Below, in pieces: positions 32,278 to 42,282 of a stretch of DNA of 64,000 nucleotides. This DNA comes from an uncultured Verrucomicrobiae bacterium (GTDB lineage Bacteria > Verrucomicrobiota > Verrucomicrobiia > Chthoniobacterales > JAFAMB01), in the NCBI GenBank assembly GCA_963813025.1, contig CAWEXO010000016.1, positions 1 to 64,000 of the forward strand, written 5' to 3'. A model generated the notes under the pieces. That model ran no database searches. It had not been told where the DNA came from and saw only the letters and a list, made by a program, of their open reading frames with translations. The position numbers were made by a program, and so were the translations under genes. The number at the start of each line of letters is the position of its first letter. Positions within the stretch are counted from its first letter, which is position 1.

Positions 32278-32994
32278 ATGAGAACGATTGTTCAGATTTC
32301 CCTTGACCTAATCACAATTCCTGAAGCTTTGGAGACGGCATCGCGTGCCGTGCGTTCCGGAGTTGATTGGCTGGAAGCTGGGACTCCGCTGATTATCGCT
32401 GAGGGAATGAATGGCGTCCGGGCATTACGAGCAGAATTCCCTCAGATTCCAATTGTTGCTGACCTCAAGACAATGGACGGCGGTTGGCTAGAAGCCGAGA
32501 TGATGGCCAAAGCGGGCGCCACTCACGTGGTGGTCATGGAACGGGCGCACCCGGAAACGGTCAAGATGGTGGTGCGAGCCGGCCGCGATTTTGGGCTCCA
32601 GGTGATGGGCGATAATCTGGCTGCCCCCGATCCCGTAGCGGCGGTCAAACGCCTCGAAGATTTCGGCTGCGATTACATCATCCATCATATTGGTTATGAC
32701 GAACGCCGCGGCATCGTCGCATCCGGCGGCAAGTGCCCGAGCCCACTGGAACGATTACGAGAAATTGTGCAGGCCGTTCGCTTACCGGTGCAAGCGGTCG
32801 GCGGACTCTCGGTCGAACAAGCGATTCGAACCCCGGGATACGGGGCGCCGCTCGTCGTGCTGGGCGCGCCGCTCACCATCGACGCTGATGCATTCAAGAC
32901 TGCCGGCGGCGATTTGGAAAGCAAGCTACGACTCGTTTGTGAGCACGTCCATAGCTACGCCGATATTCCGGTTGGTCCAACGGTAGCCCATTAA
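32278..32994 (+). CDS. HUMPS/KGPDC (OMP decarboxylase superfamily) enzyme
   Basis: VQISLD, WLEAGTPLI, VADLKTMDGG, HIGYD. Confidence 0.85.
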   Translation: MRTIVQISLDLITIPEALETASRAVRSGVDWLEAGTPLIIAEGMNGVRALRAEFPQIPIVADLKTMDGGWLEAEMMAKAGATHVVVMERAHPETVKMVVRAGRDFGLQVMGDNLAAPDPVAAVKRLEDFGCDYIIHHIGYDERRGIVASGGKCPSPLERLREIVQAVRLPVQAVGGLSVEQAIRTPGYGAPLVVLGAPLTIDADAFKTAGGDLESKLRLVCEHVHSYADIPVGPTVAH

Positions 32995-33059
32995 GTAACC
33001 AATCTGAACCAACCAATGGATTTTCTCTGCAATCTTAACTTTGGATTATTTTAGTACTC

Positions 33060-34112
33060 ATGAGTAAAACAATGCCGGCTGTTGTTAACTATGCGCCGGA
33101 ACCTAACAGCGTGGAGATCCGCGAAGTTCCGGTTCCGGAGATCGGCGATCAGGACGTGTTGTTAGCTGTTCAAGCGGTCGGCGTGTGCGGCAGCGATATT
33201 CACCAGGCCCGCGGCCAGCATAGCTGGAAAGTAAAGTATCCGGTTGTGCTCGGTCACGAGTTCGGCGGCGTCATCGCGCAAGTCGGCAAGAACGTTCGCG
33301 GTTTTAAGGAAGGCGATCGAGTTGTCAGCGAAACCGCTGCCGTTATCGATCCCAATTCGCCATTTGTTCGCCGCGGCCTGTACAACCTGGATCCCAACCG
33401 GCGCGGGTTTGGGGCCGGAGTTGACGGCGCGATGACTCGCTATGCGAAAGTGCCCGAACGCCTTCTGCACCACATTCCCGCCACGCTGCCCTTCGAAGTC
33501 GCGGCCGTGACCGAGCCCTGCTGTGTTGCTTACAACGCCACGTGCGGCAATGCTCGTATTCTCCCCGGCGATGCAGTAGCGGTCATTGGGCCAGGGCCGA
33601 TCGGTCTGCTCTGTGCCGCGATGGCGAAGCTGGCCGGCGCCGGTGAGCTAGTTGTCATCGGCACTCCCGCGGACAAGCGCCGATTGCAGGTTGCCGAGCA
33701 AATCGGCGCGTCTGCGACTCTCGGCGCGAAGGGTGAAGACATCGTCGCGTGGACCCGATCGCTGCGCGATGGGTACGGTTTTGATGTAGTGATCGATGCC
33801 GCTGGTGTTTCCGCCACGCTGAAGCTCGCGATCGATATTGTCCGGCCCGCCGGCCAGATCAGCAAAGTTGGTTGGGGACCGCAACCGTTCAATTTTTCAC
33901 TCGATCCGCTGGTTCAGAAAGCAGTGACGTTGCAGGGGAGCTTTTCCCATAACTGGCCTATCTGGGAACGGATCATCCGTTTGCTTTCCTCGGGTCAATT
34001 AGATATCGGCGCGGAGCTGAACCGGGTCTCGCCTTTGGCTGAGTGGCACGATGCGTTTGAAGCCATGCATTCCGGCGAAATCGTGAAAGCGATTTTGCTC
34101 CCAGCTCAATGA
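33060..34112 (+). CDS. Zn-dependent medium-chain (polyol/sugar-acid) dehydrogenase
   Basis: GVCGSD, GHEFGG, GPGPIG; lacks the four structural-Zn cysteines. Confidence 0.9.
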   Translation: MSKTMPAVVNYAPEPNSVEIREVPVPEIGDQDVLLAVQAVGVCGSDIHQARGQHSWKVKYPVVLGHEFGGVIAQVGKNVRGFKEGDRVVSETAAVIDPNSPFVRRGLYNLDPNRRGFGAGVDGAMTRYAKVPERLLHHIPATLPFEVAAVTEPCCVAYNATCGNARILPGDAVAVIGPGPIGLLCAAMAKLAGAGELVVIGTPADKRRLQVAEQIGASATLGAKGEDIVAWTRSLRDGYGFDVVIDAAGVSATLKLAIDIVRPAGQISKVGWGPQPFNFSLDPLVQKAVTLQGSFSHNWPIWERIIRLLSSGQLDIGAELNRVSPLAEWHDAFEAMHSGEIVKAILLPAQ

Positions 34113-34188
34113 TTGCCGAACCGAAGTCATCGGACCTGAGGGTTCCCGCGCAAGTCATTATCGAGGCGGGTCGGGTTAGAGAATCTTT

Positions 34189-35073
34189 ATGAGACCGAAG
34201 CTGGCCGCCTTTCCCAAGTGTTTCATGGACGAACTCTGTGTCCATCACACGATGACCTTGATTGAGTGGATCGATCTGGCCGCGACACTAGGAGTAGATG
34301 GACTGGAATTCTTTTCCGGGTTTTTCGGCGACGACAAAGAGCTGCCTTTTGCGGCGAAATTACGGTTAGCCGAGCACGGGCTGGAAATGCCAATGCTTTG
34401 TTGTTCTCCTGACTTCACCCAGCCGGATTCGGTGTTGCTGCGAGCGGAGGTTGAGCGGGAGATCGCCATGATCGAACTCACCGCGTTTTTCGACGGTAAG
34501 TTCTGCCGGGTTCTCTCCGGCCAGCGCCGGCCGGGGATCATGCCGGCCGCCGGCGTCACGCAAGTCGTCCAGGTAATCAAAGAATTGTTGCCGGTCGCTG
34601 AGCAATATCGGGTGATCCTCACGATGGAGAATCACTACAAAGACAACTACTGGCAGTATCCGGAGTTTGCTCAAAAAATGAAAGTGTTTGGCCAGATTGT
34701 GGACCAGATCGATTCACCCTGGTTCGGGATAAACTACGATCCTTCGAATACGATCCTGGCAGGCGAAGATCCGTTGGAGTTACTCGAGCGCTTCAAATAT
34801 CGCGTCGTCTCGATGCACGCTAGTGATCGGTTCATTAAATACGGAACGATTGAAGATCTACGGAAGGAAGAAGATTCCACCGGGTACGCTGCCCGCTTAT
34901 CTCATGGCGTGATCGGGCAAGGGATGAACGACTATGACCGAATCTTTTCCACGCTCCGAAAAGTCGGATTTCAGTCCTGGATCTCCATTGAAGACGGGTT
35001 AAACGGAATGGACGATCTCCGGCAATCGGTGCAGTTTCTCCGTGCCAAAATCGACCAACATTTCTCGGCCTAA
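34189..35073 (+). CDS. Sugar phosphate isomerase/epimerase (AP endonuclease 2 TIM barrel)
   Basis: MENH, NYDPSN, MHASD, ISIED. Confidence 0.85.
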   Translation: MRPKLAAFPKCFMDELCVHHTMTLIEWIDLAATLGVDGLEFFSGFFGDDKELPFAAKLRLAEHGLEMPMLCCSPDFTQPDSVLLRAEVEREIAMIELTAFFDGKFCRVLSGQRRPGIMPAAGVTQVVQVIKELLPVAEQYRVILTMENHYKDNYWQYPEFAQKMKVFGQIVDQIDSPWFGINYDPSNTILAGEDPLELLERFKYRVVSMHASDRFIKYGTIEDLRKEEDSTGYAARLSHGVIGQGMNDYDRIFSTLRKVGFQSWISIEDGLNGMDDLRQSVQFLRAKIDQHFSA

Positions 35074-35206
35074 TGAAACTGCCCGATCTCAACCCCCGCT
35101 GGTTCACGTCCAAGCGGGTTTCCCACCAGTCCGAGGATGAGCATCATTCTTGAGGGCGGTAGCTGCGGTTTCAAAGGCCGGCTGAGTCGGTCTTGGCTTC
35201 TTATTT

Positions 35207-35750
35207 ATGAAAGTTGGTGTCTTCACTGTCATTCTGCAATCAATGCCCTTCGAGCGAGCGCTCGATTACCTTGCCGGCCTCGGCGTTCAAGCCGTTGAGA
35301 TCGGTGCCGGAGCATTCACCGGCACTGCGCACTGCGATCCGGAGACCTTACTGGCTTGCGACGACCAAGCCAAAGCATTCCTCAACGCCATCGCTTCACG
35401 CGGTCTGGAAATATCCTGTCTTTCTGTCCACGGCAACCCGCTTCACCCAAATCCGAGAATCGCGAGTCAGCATCGGGAAGCGTTCGAACGCTGCCTGCGT
35501 CTGGCCAGCCGGCTGGGTGTCGAGGTGGTAACAACCTTCAGCGGTTGTCCGGGGGGTGCGCCGGGTGATCAGCAGCCAAATTGGGTTACCTGCCCATGGC
35601 CGCCAGAATTCCTCGAGATTCTCGATTATCAATGGAACGAGGTCGTGATCCCTTACTGGCGCGAGACCACGGAATTAGCTCGGCGGAATGGTGTGACGAA
35701 AATCGCGCTATAGATGCATCCCGACTTCGTGGTCTACAATCCAGAGACAC
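35207..35750 (+). pseudogene. Second TIM-barrel isomerase/epimerase, nonsense codon and truncated
   Basis: VEIGAG, SVHGNPLHP, TFSGCPG; IAL-TAG-MHP where E is expected, and homology ends at about 35750. Confidence 0.75.
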
Positions 35751-35914
35751 TGGAATCTCAGTGAATCGCAACGAATTTCTTTTTTCAAGACCTTTTGGGG
35801 AAACAGAAGAAAAGACTAGCTTCAGAGCCTAGGCCTTTGGCAGTATGTTTCCGCCCAATGGGTGACTAAAAAACATCGTTTCGCCCGAAAGTCCGGATCT
35901 ACAGAGTCAAGCTA

Positions 35915-36330
35915 ATGGGCGTTCTCTCCAGAGTTCTTGTCGCGTCATGCCTTCTCTGGAACCTTTGTGCCTCGGCGCAACAGCCGACATTGATTCTGCC
36001 CGACCCCAAGCTCACGCCGGGCGATGTGTTCGAGGTGACGATCCAGGACATGTGTGTGCCGGGGTATTCGAGGAAGGTGCGAGCCGTGCCCAAGGCGCTT
36101 CGAAACCAGGCGTATAGGAACTACGGGATCACGTCGCCAAATCCGGGTGACTATCAGCTTGATCACCTGATCCCGCTTTCTATCGGGGGTTCAAACTCGA
36201 TTAAGAACCTGGCCCCAGAGTTATCTTACAATGCCCTGGAACGCGCAGGTCAAAGATGTGCTCGAGCGACGCCTGCATAATCTGGTCTGCAACGGGAAGG
36301 TCGACCTACAAACCGTGCAGCACGAAATCG
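35915..36330 (+). CDS. Secreted HNH-like protein (frameshifted, 3'-truncated)
   Basis: Signal peptide; LPDPKLTPG, YQLDHLIPLSIGGSNSIKNL, then a shifted PWNAQVKDVLERRLHNLVCNGKVDL. Confidence 0.6.
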
Positions 36331-36446
36331 AAGGGAGGATCGGGCGGGTGCCCCTTTTTCAGGGTGAGCAACAGCGGCGGAATTGAGCTTGAGTGTTCGC
36401 ATCTCGGCAGTTGAGTAATACTCGCGAGGAAACACTTGGATCGCCT

Positions 36447-37084
36447 ATGGCAACACCGAGTTCAACGCTCTGGGGCATCCACGCTGGCAAGACAGGCGAT
36501 GCAGACCATCTGTTTCTCACGCACAATGTGATCGCCCTCGGCTGGGTGGATGTGGGGGATCTTTCAAAACTCCCCGCCGACCGCGAAGCATTCAAGGCGC
36601 GCGTAAAGGAATGCTATCCCGACCACAAAGAGGGCTACTTCCCCGTGGCAGGTGGACAACTTTTTCGTTTCGTGCATGAAGTCAAAACCGGCGACTACGT
36701 TGTTTACCCGTCAAGCAGGATCGTAATGTCCACATCGGGGAAATAATTGGCACGTTTGTTTACGACACGACGACCGAACCCGGTTATCCGCAGCGCCGAC
36801 CGGTCAAATGGCTGAAGACGATTCCACGCACGCAGTTTTCGCAAGGCGCACTTTATGAAATTGGCTGCGCGCTCAGCTTCTTCCAAGTTCGCCAGTTCGC
36901 CGACGAATTTTTTGACGCTCTCACCGGCCAATCCGTCCCGGAGTCTCCCAAGAAGGATGAAACCGTTTCCTACGTCGCCGATGAAATCGAGCAAACAACA
37001 CGTGACTACATCCTCAAAACCCTTGCTACCGAACTGAAAGGCCACGCTCTTGCCGAGCTGGTTGCCCACCTGCTCGGCACCATG
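36447..37084 (+). pseudogene. Mrr-family restriction endonuclease, N-terminal part only (catalytic domain lost)
   Basis: LWGIHAG...IALGW...AGGQLFRFVHEVKTGDYVVYPS...RRPVKWL...FSQGALYEIG...LAELVAHLLGTM. Confidence 0.7.
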
Positions 37085-38170
37085 GACGAGGCGCACTCCA
37101 GCCAGGGCGGAAAGACATCAGCGGCCGTGAGTGAGGCGCTCGTGGATCCACAAGATACTATCAACGACGCGCTGCACAAACATGGAAGCGCGCAAGATGC
37201 TGACCAACGCCAGTTATTTTGCTTTCACCGCGACGCCGAAGAATAAAACGCTAGAGATGTTCGGCGAGCCTTTGTCACCGGATGCGGGAGGCAAGGTGAA
37301 GCATCGCCCCTTCCACAGCTACAGCATGAAGCAGGCAATCCAGGAAGGCTTCATACTCGATGTGCTAAAGTGCTACACACCAGTGGACAGCTACTACAAG
37401 CTGGTGAAGACCGTCGAAAGCGATCCGGAGTTCGACCCCAAGAGAGCGAAGAAAAAGCTGCGCCGCTACGTTGAGAGTCACGACCACGCCATCCGATTGA
37501 AGGCAGAGATCATGGTGGATCATTTCCATGAACAGGTGATGGCCTTAAACAAGATTGGAGGCCAGGCGCGGGCGATGGTGGTATGCAGCAGCATCGAGCG
37601 GGCGATCCAGTATTTCCATGCCTTCAAGGCGTATCTTGTGGAGCGCAAAAGCTCGCATCAGGCCATCGTCGCTTATTCCGGCGAGCACGAATACGGCGGG
37701 GCTAAGGTGACCGAGTCATCCCTCAATGGATTCCCCAGCGGCGACATCGCAAAAAAAATCCAGGAGGATCCATATCGCTTCCTGATCTGCGCCGATAAGT
37801 TCCAGACCGGCTACGACGAGCCCCTGTTGCACACAATGTATGTGGACAAGCCGCTCTCCGACATCAAGGCCGTGCAGACCCTCTCTCGCCTCAACCGCGC
37901 ACGCCCGCAGAAGCACGACGTCTTTGTCCTAGATTTCATGAACAATTCGGAAACGATCTCCGAGGCGTTCGCTGACTACTATCGGACCACGATCCTTGGC
38001 GAGGAGACCGACCCGAACAAACTTCACGATCTGAAGACGGCGCTCGACGCTCACCAGGTCTATTCTCCCGAGCAGGTCGAAACCCTGGTTACCATATACC
38101 TTGACGGGGCCGGGCGGGAGAAGCTAGATGCGATTCTCGACGGTTGTGTCGCAACCTACCTCGCGCAGCG
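37085..38170 (+). pseudogene. hsdR: Type I restriction enzyme R subunit, internal helicase fragment
   Basis: DEAHSSQGG, FAFTATPKNKTLE, YSMKQAIQEGFILDVL, KFQTGYDEP, AVQTLSRLNR; the nuclease domain, Walker A and C-terminus are missing. Confidence 0.85.
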
Positions 38171-41100
38171 AGGAAAGCTTGCAGTTCGTTTCGCCGAACT
38201 AGCCAGCCTCTGATATGAACCCACATCTCGAGTCGGCCTATTTCTCTCTCGGCCTTGTCGAAGGGGAGCTCTTCTTTCCAGTTGTAATACCCAGCCAGTG
38301 CCAATAACTCTTCGGGGCGATCGGGCGTCGCGTCCAACTCTATCAACTGGCGAAAATCTTTCGGCTGCGCGGTCACCCAAGCTTTGCGGTCGGACACCAA
38401 ATGCTCGTCCGCAAAGGGGTCGGGAAATTTGCTCCACCAAATGTGCTGCTCTGGAGGTACATTCTCAGCGTCGTCTAACTGTTCGTGCGCCAAGTCCTGC
38501 AATGGCTGGGAAGGATCGAGGTCGCGAGCCGAAAGCTGCCATGCTCCCTCAAATAGAGCAGGCTCATCCTCTCCCCAGTCGAGAGCGAGGCGGTAGTGGT
38601 CGGACAGATATGCCTGCAACTCGTGCAGCGCAATCCACTGATACTTCTTGCTAATTCTTTCAACGCGAAGTTCACGTTGGCCTCCTTGAAAAGGGAGGTT
38701 ACGCTCGTAGCGTTCGAATCGCTGTGGCGTCCACCCTAGCTGCTTTACACGCTGGATAATCCATCGGCGAGCGGTCATCGCAGAGAAAGCTCTATTCCCG
38801 CTGTTCTTCGGAATTTTCTGTTTAGAGAAACTGCGGAGAATTGATGGACAGCGTACTGCATAACGTATCGACCGAAGTCGCCGTAATGACCGGTACATTC
38901 TGGTTGGACCGAATAATTGATCGCGTTCCAACCTTGAGATTGCTCAAGGGGCTTCACTCTTGCCTCCGTCCAGATACGAGGAAATTTGGACTTATAGGGA
39001 GGACGGAAGGTTTGTAGAGTGACGCCTGCGGGAAGGCAGTCTCGAAGATGTGCGAGCTCGAGCACGCATTGTGCATAATCCCGGAGCAGGATATGCGCCG
39101 GCACCGCACCCTTTGAAAAGACGGTATCGTGAATGGCCGCCGCTAAATGTCTTAGTGCGCCCTTTGTTTGCTCTCGCATTGCGACTCCACATGCTATCGC
39201 GAATACTCTCTCCGTTAAATATGGATCGTTGCAGTCATGAAAATCTCGTACTAACTGCGCAGCTAGTTCGCATCGACTCTGGAGAACGCGAATTGCTGCG
39301 AGCGTGGCACGCAGTCGAAAGGCTTTGTGATTACTAGTGCAAAACCAGGCCAGAACCCGAGCCACGAGTAATGCTTGTTCGTCTGACACGAGATCCAGCG
39401 GGACGTGGAATGCCCATTGTACGACCAAGTTGGCCATCGAATCGCTACCCCAGACAGTTAGATTACTGATTTGAATGGTCCAAATCTCATCGCGAACCGC
39501 GAGCATCATTTGCTTCAGTCGACAGTGAAGGTAATTCGCATTGTAGGGGTGTCCAGGGATTGTTGAGACGCGAAGGATGGCTTGAAGAAATGTTGCAAGA
39601 CCGAGGCGCTGAGAAGACAGAAATAGCTTTTTATTGCTCCGATTGAAAGATGTGGAACTCCGCCACGGAAGCGACGCAAGGAAGTCTTCTAAAAGTTCTC
39701 GAGTTAGCTGGGGGTTTTTTACTATGTCTGCGACTTCAATACCAAAGCGTTCCGGAAGCAGGATAGCCAAGGCTCGCATTAACCCCCTGAGCTTCCAAAA
39801 CTCCGAGCTATCATTAAAACGTGCCAGCGTTCCATCTTTGGTCCAGACCGATCTAAGTTGGCTGGCAGTTACATGCGGATGGAGCATCCGGTCGGCGATT
39901 AAATATTCGGAAAACCGTTCGTATGGAAACCTGACTAGGACTGGAACTTCGGAATATGGTTCATCCTGAACGCCCCGGATCTCGACCAGCAATCCATTTG
40001 ATCTGAGATGTCGATAAAGAGACCTTGAATCACCGCCTCCCGGAAATAAGGCATCGACTTCCAAGCGAAGTGGCGACCGCGGAACTGCTCGACCCTGGTT
40101 CTTTTGAATAGCGTTCGCAATCAACATGATACTTTTCCGAGTGACCTCCTCGGGGCAGTCAATAGCAGTCACCAATTTCTCACAAATCTTAGACACGCGA
40201 CGCTTCATTACGGTGTCGAGTGTAATTGGACCCTTCGGCAGCCGAGAGTTCTCGAATGCTTCGCAAAAAGTCTTCAGGAACAAAGGTGTTTGAAACTCTT
40301 CCAGTAGCGGAGGGAAGTCATTGGCTTGAACCCCGTAGCCGCTGAAATACGTCGCGACGGCCTCGAATAGCTGGTCCCCGAAACCCATGTGCTCAACAAC
40401 GGCCCACGATTTGTCGGTTGGCTTGGCGAGGGCTTCTGGCAGGGTCAGCCGAACAAAGTCGCTCCGGCAGCTAATGAGCAAACGGATATTAGCGAATGAC
40501 TTTAAGCGACTTGCGAAGCTGTTTAAGTAGCTGCGCCATAGGGAACGTTCCCCGCGAGGAAGTGTTCGCCTAAAAGGATTAGCGCAGGCTGCCCCCGCTT
40601 TCGCGCCTCCAGCACGGCAGTTGCAAGGAGATGGCTCTTACCGGAACCAGCAGGTCCGACGACGAGCAGCCTACTGAAATCAGCGCACCTATGTCGTATG
40701 AAGAATTCCTCGAAAGACTGTAACTTCCTCAAAAAACTTCGCGCGAGTGTTTCTACGTAATCAAAAGGTCGCTCACGCCATGTTACCTCTTCAGAGTCTC
40801 TGACCGGCTTCTCAGGCCGGTTTAGCTCCGTCAGCTTACGCAAAAGCTGCTCGCCTGTCGTAAGCAACTTACGACAGGAACTAGCAAGCATCTTAAATGG
40901 TGGGATTTTTCTGCCGTCTCCAAAGCCCCCCATTTCCTTGCTCAGCGTTGCATGAAATGTCTCATATTCCAGGCGGGCTTTCTTAGGAAGTCGTTCAATT
41001 TTTGGCGAGTCGCTCAGCTTTCGAGCGGCATCAAAGACGGTCTTTACCCGCCTGTAGAAGTTATCCACAAATCGGTTGGTCAAAGCGAAGGCGTCCAGCA

Positions 41101-41699
41101 ACTCTTCCGACTCTGTTCGAATATGATGTTTTGGGGTGTAGCGGCAATCCAAGTTAGCGATCGTTGACTCATTTTTCTGATCAATCCATTCATCCGAAAA
41201 CTGCAACCATCCGAACCAGTAGAGCAGTTTGTCTCGGGCGGCCGGTGTCGTAAGTAAGGCTTCCAATTCGGACTCACCCCACCAGGCAAACCGAATTCTG
41301 TGGCGAATTCGCTTTTGTTTCGCCGACGCCTGCCATCGCTCTATGACGGCGTCCCACTTTTGTATTTGCCGGTGTGCGATTTAGCGGAACCGCGACACGA
41401 AATTCCACGAGTGCCGGGTGGTGTTCAAGAGCCGCCTCCACCGACTTGTTGATCTGCCGCCATTGGGTCGCTCCGAGCTTGTCAAAGTATTTCGCCTGAA
41501 GGCCAATTTCCTCGCCGTCCTCGAGCACCGCGAAGGCCTCGACGCCTTCGTCGCCACCGGCCCCTTCAACGCGTGTGAACTCAACGAAGTCGTCAAGGCT
41601 CGAACGGAATAGTTGAACTGACAGTTCTTCGAATCCCCCGTGCTGAGTCTTGTGGTGCGGTCGAATCTTGGAAAAGTCGATGTCGGGTAAAGGTTTCAC
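38165..41699 (-). pseudogene. AVAST (Avs2-like) antiphage STAND NTPase with N-terminal Mrr-like PD-(D/E)xK nuclease; frameshifted, internally deleted and 3'-truncated
   Basis: GFEEL...GGDEGVE...GLQAKYF; GPAGSGKSHL; ISCRS; TPLFLKTFC; FPYERFSEY; NDPYLTERV; GDFGRYV; ERISKKYQWIALHE. Confidence 0.7.
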
Positions 41700-41838
41700 T
41701 TTCGCTGGCCGCCGCCTTTTCTCTCATCGACTCGTCTCGACCCGACGGCTTCTGCTTCGAAATTCGTTCTCACTCGGTCAAAAATTTGAAATGACCTATA
41801 AGCGTAAGTAATTGTCCGTTATCTGATGTTACAGTGAT

Positions 41839-41882
41839 TGGCCGACCCCGACAGGACTCGAACCTGTGGACCCTTTGGTTCG
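41839..41882 (-). pseudogene. Degenerate tRNA 3' half (tRNA-Arg-like), probable att scar
   Basis: Minus strand CGAACCAAAGGGTCCACAGG-TTCGAGT-CCTGTCGGGGTCGGCCA: T arm and CCA present, no proper 5' half. Confidence 0.65.
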
Positions 41883-42042
41883 GCCGGTCTCTCTGGGAAC
41901 ACCAGAGAAGGATTTCCAGAGACTGCGACCCCTGTTGGAATCCGATGGGAGGCAAAGTCTAGGCAAAGTTGCCGAGGGTCTAAGCGTTATCCTGTTCATC
42001 GCCATTCGGGTAAGTGCTTGACAGCTAGGTAGCTAATTGCTG

Positions 42043-42115
42043 AGCCGGCAGTCGGATTCGAACCGACGACCTGCTGATTACAAATCAGCTGCTCTACCAG
42101 CTGAGCTATACCGGC
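42043..42115 (-). tRNA. tRNA-Thr(TGT)
   Basis: GCCGGTATAGCTCAGCTGGTAGAGCAGCTGATT-TGT-AATCAGCAGGTCGTCGGTTCGAATCCGACTGCCGGCT; CCA not encoded. Confidence 0.95.
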
Positions 42116-42282
42116 TTTGAAACGCCTAGATTAAAGCGTAAACCGTGAGACTGCAACGACTGCACGGTTGGAAGAAACCTTAAACGCGAAGGAAGACGGA
42201 AGGACGTCAGGTCTAAACCTTCGATTGCGGTGAAGAAGCCGGTTTTTCAGAGCTGAGGCATGTCCCGATAAACGGTCTTGCC

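Noticed and set aside
32278..32994. RuMP formaldehyde fixation (hps)
   Set aside because: No hexulose-6-phosphate isomerase gene is adjacent and the context is sugar uptake and catabolism.
24706..35800. IS6 composite transposon carrying the sugar cluster
   Set aside because: Only one IS6 copy is visible; no second IR pair was seen at the other side.
1549..41800. Direct repeat (attR) of the tRNA-Gln 3' end
   Set aside because: Not found by eye, so a discrete excisable element cannot be claimed; a BLASTN self-search would settle it.
41839..42015. Intron-containing tRNA or tmRNA
   Set aside because: The upstream CCCGA gives only about 5 bp of acceptor pairing, there is no convincing anticodon stem, and the insert is too short for a group I intron; no tmRNA features were seen.
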